A DNA stretch of 64,000 nt from an uncultured delta proteobacterium (GTDB lineage Bacteria > Myxococcota_A > Polyangia > Fen-1088). Position 1 is the stretch's first letter, and the number at the start of each line of letters is the position of its first letter. The notes under the pieces were generated by a model, which saw only the letters and a list, made by a program, of their open reading frames with translations, was not told the DNA's origin and did no database searches. The position numbers and the translations under genes are program-made. This document shows, in pieces, positions 43,301-53,744 of the stretch. The DNA lies in contig CAVTRY010000012.1 in the NCBI GenBank assembly GCA_963737265.1, forward strand, positions 96,001 to 160,000, given 5' to 3'.

Positions 43301-43827
43301 GGAGAACCTCCGCCGGCGTGGGCGACGTAGTGCCGGCGCGTCCATTCTGCCATGGCAATCCCGGCCGCCACGGTGACAGGAAAGGAATTGTTGATGCCGT
43401 ACATGGGAATACCGACGACGACGCTGGCGGCTGCGATGAGCGAATCGGGCACACCAGTGGATTCGCTGCCGAACACCATCAGGGATTGCTCGGGCAGATC
43501 CGCGTGCCACAGATCCACGCGCGCGTGCTCGCGCTCGAACACCAGCATGGGCAGGTCGCGTTCGCGCGCCCACGCCAACAGGGCTTCTTCGTCGGGCAGG
43601 TAGACCAGATTCTCGTAGCGCTGCATGCCCATGGCGGCGCGCTGGTAGAAGCGCTCGTCGCCCACCAGGACGATGTCTTGCACCAAGAACGAATGCGCCA
43701 CGCGGATGATGGCGCCCACGTTGAACGGGTTGCCCGCGCGCAGAATGGCGATACGCAGCGGGCGGCGCAGCGGTTCGAGGCTGGCCTTGACCTCGTCCAG
43801 CGACATGTCGAAACTGGGTACCTTCAT
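43297..43827 (-). CDS. TrmH/SpoU-family RNA methyltransferase
   Basis: NPFNVGAIIR, VFGSESTGV, IPMYGINNSFPV. Confidence 0.9.
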   Translation of the reverse strand: MKVPSFDMSLDEVKASLEPLRRPLRIAILRAGNPFNVGAIIRVAHSFLVQDIVLVGDERFYQRAAMGMQRYENLVYLPDEEALLAWARERDLPMLVFEREHARVDLWHADLPEQSLMVFGSESTGVPDSLIAAASVVVGIPMYGINNSFPVTVAAGIAMAEWTRRHYVAHAGGGSP

Positions 43828-43878
43828 GAAGGGCCGGAAGTGTAGCGGTCGCGTAGCTTGGGAGCTAGCGAGTTCTGC

Positions 43879-44358
43879 CTAGCGGAACCAGCGCAATTTG
43901 CGCCAGAAGAGACCGCCCGCGATCCCGACCGCCATGGCGACCAGAATGACGACCCAGAACCAGCGGCTGCGCGTGATGGCCTCGCGCGGCTGCATCTTGT
44001 GAATGCTGAGGGCAAGCGCGGCCTTGGACAGAATCTGAGTCTGCATTTGCGCCGCCACCGCGTCCTTGGGATTCTCGTCGAGGCGCTCGCGGTAGAGCCG
44101 TCCGCCAGCGGCCAAGGTGTCGGTTTGCAAACAATGCTTGAGGAACTCCTCGTGCCGGGCGGAATCGCTCCAGTGTTCTTGAACCCGTCGCCACAGATCC
44201 TCGCCGGCCGAGTCGAGCTTGGCCATCGCGACGGAGCCGTCCTCTTTCCAAAAGGCGAAAACCAGTCCGCAACGCGGACACGACTCGGCTTCGTCCCCAG
44301 GCTTCTTGCCGCACTTTGGGCAAGGCAGCGCCGAGTGAAGAGAAGGCGAGACGGTCAT
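43879..44358 (-). CDS. Zn-ribbon protein with C-terminal TM anchor
   Basis: CPKC...CPRCGLVF; hydrophobic C-terminus. Confidence 0.7.
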   Translation of the reverse strand: MTVSPSLHSALPCPKCGKKPGDEAESCPRCGLVFAFWKEDGSVAMAKLDSAGEDLWRRVQEHWSDSARHEEFLKHCLQTDTLAAGGRLYRERLDENPKDAVAAQMQTQILSKAALALSIHKMQPREAITRSRWFWVVILVAMAVGIAGGLFWRKLRWFR

Positions 44359-44431
44359 GCCACCATGATAGACACAAAACGCCCGACCATCCACAAGCGC
44401 CAGTGCAACCGCGTGGACGCCATCTTAAAGT

Positions 44432-45532
44432 CTACGATGCATTCGCCACGCGGTCACGGCCGGCTTGCTTGGCGGAATAGAGACACTGGTCAGCTCGGTC
44501 GAGCCAGGTCTTTTCATCGTCGCCGGTCTCGATCTGGGCCAGCCCGATCGAAACGGTGACGCCAATGGTCTGTTCCGTTGGGGTGGGGACGAGCAGCGCG
44601 CGGATTCTGCCCAGCACGCGTTCGGCCAGCGTGCCCGCGTCCTCGACGCTGGTTTCGCGCAGGATGACGGCGAACTCGTCGCCGCCGATGCGCGAGACGA
44701 AATCGTTCTTGCGCAAGAACACCTTGACCACGGCGTTGGCCACGTGCCGCAAGACCTCGTCGCCGGTCACGTGGCCGTTCGAATCGTTGACCGTCTTGAA
44801 ATGGTCGACGTCGACGATGAGCATGGACATGGGATGGCCGAAGGCCTTGAACATCTCCACGCTGCGGGCGAGGTAGTCATCGAACGCCTTGCGGTTCGAA
44901 ATACGCGTGAGCGGATCGGTTTCGCCTTCCCGGCGCGCGGATTCAAGCTCGTCGCCGAGCGAGCGGACTTGCGCGCCCAGCGCCTGCATCTGTTTGTGCT
45001 GACGCTGACTGCGCTCTTCCAGGATCACCTTGAGGGTTCCCACCGCGTCGAGCACCTCGCGTTTCAGCTCGGCCGTGGCGTTGGCCTCCACCAATTTTGC
45101 CAGACGCTCCATCTGCGCGAGCAGGCGTTCGTCGGTCTGCTCGTCCTGCGAAAAGGCTTGGCTGATGTTGCGGATGAAAACCCAAATGACCTGGCGCAGA
45201 TCCGTCGTGACGTCGACCACGCGCTTGGAGCTGGCCTGACAGTAGTCGCGCACGAAGCGCCGCACGCCTTCCCACTCGCGACGTCCCTTGCGTGTCTTGG
45301 CGTCGTCGTCGGGCATGCCCGGCGGCGCCGTGGCCAAGGTGACGTGCTTGGCCCACGCCTCGGCGGCGGCGCGGAACGACGGGATGTCGGTGCCTTCCTG
45401 CTCGAGCGCGAACTCGGCCATGCTGCGCAACATGCCCGCCAGGGTATCCAGCGCCATGTCGCCGGCAAGCCGATCCTCCGGCGTCCCTGGGGGAGGCTGG
45501 TTCTCGGATGGTCGCTGTGATCTCCCGAACAT
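44432..45532 (-). CDS. Diguanylate cyclase
   Basis: DPLTRISNR, DVDHFKTVND, GGDEF, LYSAKQAGRD. Confidence 0.92.
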   Translation of the reverse strand: MFGRSQRPSENQPPPGTPEDRLAGDMALDTLAGMLRSMAEFALEQEGTDIPSFRAAAEAWAKHVTLATAPPGMPDDDAKTRKGRREWEGVRRFVRDYCQASSKRVVDVTTDLRQVIWVFIRNISQAFSQDEQTDERLLAQMERLAKLVEANATAELKREVLDAVGTLKVILEERSQRQHKQMQALGAQVRSLGDELESARREGETDPLTRISNRKAFDDYLARSVEMFKAFGHPMSMLIVDVDHFKTVNDSNGHVTGDEVLRHVANAVVKVFLRKNDFVSRIGGDEFAVILRETSVEDAGTLAERVLGRIRALLVPTPTEQTIGVTVSIGLAQIETGDDEKTWLDRADQCLYSAKQAGRDRVANAS

Positions 45533-45629
45533 GGCCGCGCGTTGCAACCAGGATCATCGGCGGGTCGGGGAGCGAAATTGAGTGGCGGACCACGGGAAAT
45601 TCCGCAGCGCAAATCGGCCCCGGGGACAC

Positions 45630-46763
45630 CTACAGCATTCCGGAAAGCAGCACGGCTCCGAGCGTGACCACGCGCTCTCCGGCGGCGATGCCACGAATCA
45701 CGGGTAAGTAGTCGCCGCCCAGCTCTTCATTGACCGAGACCGGCCGACGTTCCAGGCGCAACCTGCCGTCGGACGACTTGCCCAAATCGACAAACACCAT
45801 GGTCTGGTCCCCGAGGTGCAAAATGGCACTGCGGGGAAGGGCGAGCGCCCGCTGCTGCTCAACCGACAGGGCGACGGTGGCGTACATCTCGGGCTTGAGA
45901 TCGCGGTCGTCGTTGGGCAACTTACAGCGAACCTTCGCCGTTCTCGTCGTCGGATCGAGCGTGTCGGAAACCCAATCCGCGCTGCCCTTGAATACGCGAT
46001 TGGGATAGGCCACGACCTTGACCAGGCACTCGGTGCCTTGCTTGACTCGGCCGAGATCCATTTCGAACACGTCCGCCATCACCCACACCGTGTCGAGCTC
46101 GCCCACGGTGAACAGCTCCACCACGCTGCCTCCCGAGTATTGCCCCTGGACTTCGGTGCCGGGATTCACGTTGCGCGCGACCACTTCGCCGGCGATGGGC
46201 GCGCGCAAGGTGTAGCTCTGGCCGCCCAAGCCCGCCTTTCCGTTGCCCAGCAATTGCGCCTTCTTCGTCGCGCGCTCGAGCTCGGCTTTGCTCTTGGAAT
46301 AGTTGCCCTGGGCCGCCTCCAAGTCGCGTTGCGATCCCGCGTGAATATCGAACAGTTCCCTTTGGCGCTTGAAGTCCTTCTCGGCCGCCAGGCGATCGGC
46401 GCTGGCCTTTTGCAGGTCCGAAAACGCGCTGCCCATGTCCGGCGATTCGATCACCGCCAAGCCATCGCCCTTTTCCAGGCGCTGACCGAGCTCGGCCGCG
46501 ATGCGAACGACACGGCCAGTAACGGGAGAAATCACATGCGCCACCTTCAGGTCGTCGAACGTCACCCGCCCGGTCGCCACCACCAAGCCGCCCACCGGCT
46601 GTGGCGCCAGGGGTTCGATGACGAGCTTCGCAGCCGAGACCTGATCCTGCCACAGCCAGATTTCGGACAAGGGCGGCTCAACCGCGCGGCGACCGCTCCG
46701 CGGTTCGCCACGACATGCGCCGAGCAGTACGAGAAAGGCCCCAAGAGTCTTCAACCGACTCAT
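45630..46763 (-). CDS. RND efflux membrane-fusion protein (CzcB-like), second copy
   Basis: SPVTGRV, LRAPIAGEV, LDPTTRT, LKPEMYA. Confidence 0.9.
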   Translation of the reverse strand: MSRLKTLGAFLVLLGACRGEPRSGRRAVEPPLSEIWLWQDQVSAAKLVIEPLAPQPVGGLVVATGRVTFDDLKVAHVISPVTGRVVRIAAELGQRLEKGDGLAVIESPDMGSAFSDLQKASADRLAAEKDFKRQRELFDIHAGSQRDLEAAQGNYSKSKAELERATKKAQLLGNGKAGLGGQSYTLRAPIAGEVVARNVNPGTEVQGQYSGGSVVELFTVGELDTVWVMADVFEMDLGRVKQGTECLVKVVAYPNRVFKGSADWVSDTLDPTTRTAKVRCKLPNDDRDLKPEMYATVALSVEQQRALALPRSAILHLGDQTMVFVDLGKSSDGRLRLERRPVSVNEELGGDYLPVIRGIAAGERVVTLGAVLLSGML

Positions 46764-49700
46764 GCAGGTGTCCCCTCGCTCTGGCGCTTTCGGTGCGCGA
46801 GCATGACCAGGGCAGGCTGAAGCAGGCGGGGCAGAATGACCAGGGCAAGCGCGCCGCCGATGACAACGATGGCGAGCGGCTTCTGAGTTTCCGAGCCGAT
46901 GCCACGCGAGATGGCGGCGGGAAATAGCCCCAGCATGGCGACAAAGGTCGACATCAGCACGGGGCGCAAGCGGCGTTCGGCGGCGAAACGCGCGCTCTCC
47001 TCCGCGGTGTGCCCGCTTTCGCGCAACTGGCGCGCGTAGGTGACGACCAGCAAGGCATCCTGCACCGCCACGCCTAGGATGGAGATGAAGCCCATGGCGG
47101 CCGAAATCGAGAAATCGGTCTTCGTCACATAGAGCGCCATCAACCCTCCGCTGCACGCCACCGGAACCCCGAGCAGCACGATGAGGGTATCGCGCCAATT
47201 CTTGGCCGAGGTGTAGGCGAGAAAGGCGATGATGAGCAGCGTGACGGGGACGACAATCAGGAGCCGCTCGGTCGTGTCGCGCAGCTGATTCATCTCGCCG
47301 TCCCATTCCAGATGCGTGTCGTAAGGCAAGTTGACCGCCTCCTTGATGCGGGCCTGTGCCTCCGAGATGGTCGAACCGAGATCGCGCCCGCGCACCGAGA
47401 ACTTCACCGGCACATAGCGCTTGAGATCCTCGCGAAAAACCACGATCGGGCCCTCCTCCTCGACCACCTCCGCCAGTTGGCCGAGCGGCACCTGCGAGCC
47501 ATCCGGGGTGGATACCAGAATGTTGCGAATCGAGCGCATGTCCCGTCGGTACTGCTCTGCCCAGCGCAGGATGAGATCGAAGCGCTTCTCGCCCTCGAAC
47601 ACCTGGGTTATGACCTGGCCGCCGATCGCCGCCTGTACGACCCCCGCGACATCGCCGGTGTTGAGGCCGTAGCGTCCGATCTGCGTGCGGTAGGGCGTGA
47701 TGCGAATCGCAGGCTGGCCGAGGGAGCGAAAGATGCCAAGATCCTCGACGCCGCGAACCTTCTTGAGCACATCCTTGATCTCCTCCGCCTTGGCTTCGTT
47801 GACGTGCAGGTCGGGCCCCATCACCTTCACCGTGTTCTCGCCTTTGACGCCCGACATGGCCTCTTCCACGTTGTCGGAAATAACCTGCGAGAAGTTGAAC
47901 ACCACGCCGGGAAAAGCATTCGCGAGATCGTTCTGAATCTCTTGTGTCATCAAGTCTTTGGTCAAGCCCTTGCGCCATTCTTTGGTCGGGCGAAGCGGGG
48001 CGAGCAGCTCGATGTTGTAGAAACCAGCCGTGTCGGTGCCGTCGTCGGGCCGGCCGAGCTGGGAGATAACGGTCTGGACTTCGGGCCGGGTCTGCTGTTC
48101 CTTCGTACAAATGGCGCCTTCGTCGGTCGGACAGCCGCGCACGATGGCGCGCATGCGCCCGACGTAGCGAGCCGACTGTTTCAGTGAGATCGAAATGGGC
48201 AGGGTCGCGCGGATCCAGAAGTTGCCCTCTTCCAGCTTGGGCATGAATTCCCGGCCGAGAAAAACCGAGGCCGACAGGGCAATGACCACGGGAACGACCC
48301 CGACGAAGATCGCCAACGCCGGGCGGCGCAGCGAGAATGAAAACACCGGACGGTAGAGCCGGTAGAGAAAGCGCATGACGAGGCTTTCCTTTTCCGCGAT
48401 CTCCTCGTTGCCCATGGTCAGCGCGCGCGAGGCAAGCATCGGCGTGAAGGTGAGCGCGAGCAGGATGGCGCCGCCAATGGCCAGAGCGTAGGTGTGCGCC
48501 ATCGGCGACATGATGACGCCCGCCACGCCGGTCAGGGTGAAAAGCGGAATGAAGGCCACCGCGATGATCAGGGTGGAAGCGAACATGGGCGGCCCGACCT
48601 CGCGCGCCGCAGCGACCACCCGATCAAAGGCGCTGCCACCCTTGCGGACAAAGTTGACGAAGATGCTTTCCATCACAATCACCGTCGAATCGACAACGAT
48701 GCCGAAGTCGACGGCGCCCAGCGAGATGAGGTTGGCGGCGGTCCCGCTAGCCACCATGCCCGAGAAAGCAAAAAGCAGCGCCAAGGGAATGTTGATCGCC
48801 GTGATGAGCGCGGCGCGGACGTTGCCGAGAAACAGAAAGAGCACGATGGAAACGAGAATCATCCCGACCAGGAGATTCTCCATCACGGTGTGCGTGGTCA
48901 GCTTGACGAGGTCGGCACGGTCGTAGACCGGCTCGATGTCGATACCCGGCGGCAATACGCGGTTCTCATGGATGTAGTCCACGCGATCGTGGATGCCCCG
49001 GATGGTTTTGAGCGAATCCCCGCCGTAGCGCATGAGCACGATGCCCTCGACCACGTCGGGCTCGTCATCCTGCCCCACAATGCCCAGGCGGGGCGCGGCG
49101 CCCGCGCTCACCATCGCCACGTCGCGAACCCGAACCGGGACGCCTTTGGTCGCGTTCACGGTGATGTCGCCAATGTCCTGTACGGAGCGGATGAGCCCGA
49201 CCCCGCGCACGTCGAAGGACTGCTCGCCGAGGGTGATACGCTGGCCACCCACATTTTGATTGGCGTTGGCGATCGCGGCCTGAACTTGCGATAGGGCCAC
49301 GCCGCGTCCACGGAGCCGGTAGGGATCGACCTCGACCTGGTACTGCTTGGTCTGGCCGCCGAAGCCGACCACATCGATGACCCCAGGCACCTGGCGAAAT
49401 TGCTTTTCCAGGATCCAGTCCTGGACGGTTTTCAAATCGGAAAGCGAGTAGCCCTTACCCACCACCTTGTAGCGGTAGAGCTCACCGATGGCGCTCCAGG
49501 GTGACAGCTCAGGCGATACGCCAGGCGGCAACGTGACGAAGTTGAGCTGGTTGAGCACCCGCTGCTGAGCCATGGCGTATGAGGTATCCCAGCCGAAGTA
49601 GCATTTCACATCGGCGAGGCCGAACAAGGACTGCGACCGGATGTGTTCGAGGCCCAGCATCCCCACCAATCCGGTTTCCAGGGGAACGGAGACGTAGCGC

Positions 49701-49885
49701 TCGACTTCCTCGGCACTCCAACCAGGTGGCTGGGCGATGATCTCGATCATGGGCGCCACCGGGTTGGGATAGGCCTCAATGGCCAGAACCTTGTATGAAT
49801 GGAGTCCGATCCCGATGAGGGCCAACACCAGTACCGCCACCAGCACAGGTGCGCGAACGGCCGCAGCAACCAGCTTGGCAATCAT
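46760..49885 (-). CDS. CzcA/CusA-family heavy-metal RND transporter
   Basis: EEVERYVSVPLE, SLGAVDFGIVVD, GREFMPKLEEG, RLRPVLM, GSETQKPLA. Confidence 0.93.
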   Translation of the reverse strand: MIAKLVAAAVRAPVLVAVLVLALIGIGLHSYKVLAIEAYPNPVAPMIEIIAQPPGWSAEEVERYVSVPLETGLVGMLGLEHIRSQSLFGLADVKCYFGWDTSYAMAQQRVLNQLNFVTLPPGVSPELSPWSAIGELYRYKVVGKGYSLSDLKTVQDWILEKQFRQVPGVIDVVGFGGQTKQYQVEVDPYRLRGRGVALSQVQAAIANANQNVGGQRITLGEQSFDVRGVGLIRSVQDIGDITVNATKGVPVRVRDVAMVSAGAAPRLGIVGQDDEPDVVEGIVLMRYGGDSLKTIRGIHDRVDYIHENRVLPPGIDIEPVYDRADLVKLTTHTVMENLLVGMILVSIVLFLFLGNVRAALITAINIPLALLFAFSGMVASGTAANLISLGAVDFGIVVDSTVIVMESIFVNFVRKGGSAFDRVVAAAREVGPPMFASTLIIAVAFIPLFTLTGVAGVIMSPMAHTYALAIGGAILLALTFTPMLASRALTMGNEEIAEKESLVMRFLYRLYRPVFSFSLRRPALAIFVGVVPVVIALSASVFLGREFMPKLEEGNFWIRATLPISISLKQSARYVGRMRAIVRGCPTDEGAICTKEQQTRPEVQTVISQLGRPDDGTDTAGFYNIELLAPLRPTKEWRKGLTKDLMTQEIQNDLANAFPGVVFNFSQVISDNVEEAMSGVKGENTVKVMGPDLHVNEAKAEEIKDVLKKVRGVEDLGIFRSLGQPAIRITPYRTQIGRYGLNTGDVAGVVQAAIGGQVITQVFEGEKRFDLILRWAEQYRRDMRSIRNILVSTPDGSQVPLGQLAEVVEEEGPIVVFREDLKRYVPVKFSVRGRDLGSTISEAQARIKEAVNLPYDTHLEWDGEMNQLRDTTERLLIVVPVTLLIIAFLAYTSAKNWRDTLIVLLGVPVACSGGLMALYVTKTDFSISAAMGFISILGVAVQDALLVVTYARQLRESGHTAEESARFAAERRLRPVLMSTFVAMLGLFPAAISRGIGSETQKPLAIVVIGGALALVILPRLLQPALVMLAHRKRQSEGTPA

Positions 49886-49887
49886 GG

Positions 49888-51045
49888 CTAGAGCATCCCG
49901 GACAGCAAGATCGCCCCGGAGATTACCACGCGCTCACCGGCCGAAATGCCGCAAACCACTGGCAGATAGTCCCCGCCCAGTTCTTCGTTGACCGACACCG
50001 GCCGCCGCTCGAAGCGCAGGCGGCCGTCCGCCGCCTTGCCTAGATCGATGAAGGCAATGGTTTGATCGCCCAAGTGCAAGATCGCACTGCGCGGAAGCGC
50101 AAGAGCCCGCTGCTGATCCACCGCCAGCGCGGCAGTCGCATACATCTCGGGCTTTAGCGCGCGGTCGGCGTTGTCGAGCTTGCAGCGAACCTTGGCGGTG
50201 CGCGTGGCTGGATCGAGCGTGTCCGAAACCCAATCCGCCACGCCCTTGAACACGCGGCCCGGATAGGCGACGACCTTGACGAGGCACTCCGTCCCTTGCT
50301 TGACCCGGCCGAGATCCATCTCGAACAAATCGGCCATCACCCACACGGTGTCGAGCTCGCCGACGGTGAACAGCTCGACCACGGTGCCGCCGGTGTACTG
50401 CCCCTGAACCTCGGTGCCGGGATTCACGTTGCGCGCGATGACCTCGCCGCCGATGGCGGCACGCAAGGTGTAGCTCTGGCTCCCGTGATTGGCGCCGCCA
50501 GCGCGCAGCAGCGACGCTTTCTTCTTGGCCCGTTCGAGCTCAGCGCTTGCCTTCGAGTAGTTGCCCTGCGCGGCCTCCAGATCGCGCTGCGATCCCGCGT
50601 GGACGTCGTACAGCTCCTTCTGCCGCCTGAAGTCTTTCTCGGCCGAGGTGAAATCGGCTTGTGCCTTCTCGACGTCCGAAAATGCGCTGCCCATGTCTGG
50701 CGACTCGATGACGGCCAAGGTATCGCCCTTCTTCACCCGCTGTCCCGGCTGGGCCTCGATGCGCACCACGCGGCCGGTGACGGGGCTCATCAGGTGCGCC
50801 ACCTTCAAATCGTCGAAGGTCACCCGCCCGCTCGTAACCACCAGGCCGCCCACCGGCTGAGGAGCCAAGGGCTCCACGACCAACTTCGCAGCCGCAACCT
50901 GATCCTGCCACAACCAGATCTCATTGGCCGGCGGATCCGCAGCATGGCGACTCGGGTTGCTCTCGTCACTTTGGCCGTGACACCCGCATAGCATCGCCGA
51001 GCAAAACACAGGGAACAGCAGCGAAAGAAACATTCGCTGTTTCAT
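49888..51045 (-). CDS. RND efflux membrane-fusion protein (CzcB-like), first copy
   Basis: Lipoprotein signal; same MFP motifs as 45630-46763. Confidence 0.9.
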   Translation of the reverse strand: MKQRMFLSLLFPVFCSAMLCGCHGQSDESNPSRHAADPPANEIWLWQDQVAAAKLVVEPLAPQPVGGLVVTSGRVTFDDLKVAHLMSPVTGRVVRIEAQPGQRVKKGDTLAVIESPDMGSAFSDVEKAQADFTSAEKDFRRQKELYDVHAGSQRDLEAAQGNYSKASAELERAKKKASLLRAGGANHGSQSYTLRAAIGGEVIARNVNPGTEVQGQYTGGTVVELFTVGELDTVWVMADLFEMDLGRVKQGTECLVKVVAYPGRVFKGVADWVSDTLDPATRTAKVRCKLDNADRALKPEMYATAALAVDQQRALALPRSAILHLGDQTIAFIDLGKAADGRLRFERRPVSVNEELGGDYLPVVCGISAGERVVISGAILLSGML

Positions 51046-52403
51046 GGGCTCATCTCCACGCCCACGGCTTGACCGATGAGCACCACGGCCTGCCAGTAGT
51101 CCGACAGGTCGCTTTCGTAGTCGAGCTTCGTCGAAATCAAAATGCGCTGGGCATCCAGGTATTCGAGCAACGAGGCCGCGCCCTTCTGGTATTGCAGTTG
51201 AACGAGATCGCGGGTTCGATTGGCGTGCTCGAGCAGCTCGCGTTCGGCGCGCTCGACGCGCCCGCGGGCGGACTTGAATTGCGTGAACGCGGTCTGAACG
51301 TCGTTCAGCACCTGCGCTTCGGTCTTGGCAAGCTGCGCCTTCTGCGTGACGAGATCCGCTTTGGCTTTAACGATCTCGCCTTCGAAGCGATTGAAGATGG
51401 GCGGGGTCAACGTCAGGCCGAAGCTGAAGGTCGGGGGATTGATGGCGTTCGCATAGGTGCCCTGCCCGCTGACCCCGGCGGACATCTCGATGTCGGGAAA
51501 ACGCAGACGCTGACTCGATCGAACCGATGCTTCCGCGCGCTCGCGGCCGAGGCGCGCGCCGGCCAGATCGGGCCGCTGCTTGCGTGCCAGATCCAGCAGC
51601 GAATCCACCGAAGCGCCTTGAAGCACGGACGGAACCAGGTACCCCGGAAGCTGCGCATCGACCTCGAAGACCGGCACGCGACCGCGCGCGCCGAGGAGAA
51701 AAGCAAGTTGCGCCTTGGCCGTGTAGAGATTTTGCTCGGCCCGCTCGACGTCTTGGTCGGCCGTCAGTTTCTCTGTCTCGACCTTGAGCACTTCCACCTC
51801 GGAAATCGAGCCGTGCTGGTAGCGCGCGCGGTTCAAATCAGCCACGCGCCCCAGGGTTTCCTGCGCCTCTTTCTGCGTCGCCAGCGCCTGGCGCGCGGCG
51901 ACCGAGCTCAAATACGCTTGGCGGAGCATGCTTTCCAACGTCCGGCGCGCGTCCGCTTCTCCCTTGCGCGCAACCTCGAGTGCGATATTCGCCACGTTCA
52001 TGCGCAGCCCGCGCTTGCCGGAAAGTGAATCGAAGATGGCGGATTGGTCGGAAATTCCCGCGCTCCAGGCCAAGTCCGAGCAGCCCGAGCCCCCCGCCTG
52101 CGAGCAGGCAAACGACCGGCCAACTCCGCCCGAAAAGGCAGGGTTGGGCGCCGCGCTGGCAAGCAAGGCGTCTCCGCGCGCGCCTTCGACCGCGGCCTCG
52201 GCCAGAATGAGATCGAGGCCGTGCTCGCGGAACAGGCGCAAGGCATCCTGCAGGTGCAGCTGCGCCGGGATCTCGAAATCACCGTCGGGCTCACGCGCCG
52301 AGGCCGAGGACAGCAAGCCGAGCCCGATCGCCATCCCGGTCCACCACGAGCAGACAAGGCGACGAAGCTTCACCGAAACCACGGGCGTTCTTCCTGTTGG
52401 CAT
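51042..52403 (-). CDS. TolC/CzcC-family outer membrane efflux protein
   Basis: Signal peptide, OEP repeats, YQKGAASLLEYLDAQR; start uncertain. Confidence 0.88.
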   Translation of the reverse strand: MPTGRTPVVSVKLRRLVCSWWTGMAIGLGLLSSASAREPDGDFEIPAQLHLQDALRLFREHGLDLILAEAAVEGARGDALLASAAPNPAFSGGVGRSFACSQAGGSGCSDLAWSAGISDQSAIFDSLSGKRGLRMNVANIALEVARKGEADARRTLESMLRQAYLSSVAARQALATQKEAQETLGRVADLNRARYQHGSISEVEVLKVETEKLTADQDVERAEQNLYTAKAQLAFLLGARGRVPVFEVDAQLPGYLVPSVLQGASVDSLLDLARKQRPDLAGARLGRERAEASVRSSQRLRFPDIEMSAGVSGQGTYANAINPPTFSFGLTLTPPIFNRFEGEIVKAKADLVTQKAQLAKTEAQVLNDVQTAFTQFKSARGRVERAERELLEHANRTRDLVQLQYQKGAASLLEYLDAQRILISTKLDYESDLSDYWQAVVLIGQAVGVEMSP

Positions 52404-52498
52404 GCGCTGGGGTTCTCCGTCGAGAACCCGCACCATAGCCCATTTATTCCCCTCATAGTGCCGCTCGATCTTCGAGGACGCGCGGCTCGGCTTCACCT

Positions 52499-53512
52499 CT
52501 ATCTGTGAACGAAGTGGCGCCACAGCAGACCGAACAGGGCGACCTGCGTGACGACCGGTAACACGGCGACGATGGCGATATAGCGGGCACGACGCAGACC
52601 ACGACGCCAGCGCGTGGCGGCGCGCAGGCGGTGGCAAAGACCGGTGATCACCACGCTTTCAGGACTATCGAGATCGGCTTTCATGACGGCCGCGCTCGAA
52701 TAGCGTTCGGCCGGATCGCGGCGTAGCGCGCGCAGCACGATCTCTTCCGCCTGGCGTGACAACTTAGGGTTCAAGCGGCGCGGAGCCTCGGGATCGCCCA
52801 CCATCCGAGAGCTCGCCACGCCCAAGGCATCATCGCCTGGATAGGGCTCTCGGCCGGTCAGCATTTCGTAAAGCACGGCGCCGATGCCGTAGATGTCGAC
52901 GCTCCTGCGCCCGCGCTTGCGTCGAATTTGCTCGGGGGCGACGTAGCCAGACGAGGCAATGGCGGGCGGGGCCGCGGAAAACGAAAAACGGGCCGTCAGG
53001 GCGACGTGGGCGAGACCGAAGTCGATAAGACGGATAGTGCCATCCGGGCACAGCATGATATTCGCTGGCTTCAAGTCGTAGTGCACGATTCCTTGGTTGT
53101 GGATGTACTCGAGTGCCTCGCAAACCCGGCTGGCGATGGACAGAGCTTCGTCCTCGGGTAACGGTCTGTGGTCCATGTGGTCCGCCAAGGTTAGGCCGGG
53201 TACATATTCGGTGACGATGTAGGCGCGCCGCTTGTCATCGGCCAGCCGCAAAAATCTCAGAACAAAGGGATGGTCGAGCCGGCTGCCGATCTGCTCCTCC
53301 TGTTGAAAGATCGACCAGCCGCCCACGCCGCTGGAGAACATGGGCAGCGGGACCTTGACCACCACGGCTTGATCGCCGTCGTGTAGGTCCCGCGCCTTGT
53401 AGAGGATCGACATTCCCCCGCGCCCCAGCTCGTCACCGATCAGAAAACGGCCATCGAGGACCTGCCCGGGTGCGACTTTCAAAGTACCCACTGCCCCCCG
53501 CAGTGCAACCAT
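52499..53512 (-). CDS. Hanks-type Ser/Thr protein kinase with C-terminal TM
   Basis: LGRGGMS, VVVK, VHYDLKPAN, IDFG, YVAPEQ, DIYGIG. Confidence 0.9.
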   Translation of the reverse strand: MVALRGAVGTLKVAPGQVLDGRFLIGDELGRGGMSILYKARDLHDGDQAVVVKVPLPMFSSGVGGWSIFQQEEQIGSRLDHPFVLRFLRLADDKRRAYIVTEYVPGLTLADHMDHRPLPEDEALSIASRVCEALEYIHNQGIVHYDLKPANIMLCPDGTIRLIDFGLAHVALTARFSFSAAPPAIASSGYVAPEQIRRKRGRRSVDIYGIGAVLYEMLTGREPYPGDDALGVASSRMVGDPEAPRRLNPKLSRQAEEIVLRALRRDPAERYSSAAVMKADLDSPESVVITGLCHRLRAATRWRRGLRRARYIAIVAVLPVVTQVALFGLLWRHFVHR

Positions 53513-53744
53513 GGGACCAAACGCGAAAACCACGCAAGACGCCACCTCAAAGCTGCCTCGTCTTGCATTTCGCAATGCCGAGCATTGCAAGCGAAGGTGC
53601 GAAGTCGCAAGCAAGGGCGCAAAGGGAGTTGTCCAGTGTCTGGGTGATTAGGGTCACCCGCGTCGACCGAAACGACGATTGAATCGTTTGCGCGCATGGT
53701 GCAATCTAACCATGAGCGAGTAAATGCTCGCCGGGAGGGTTTGC

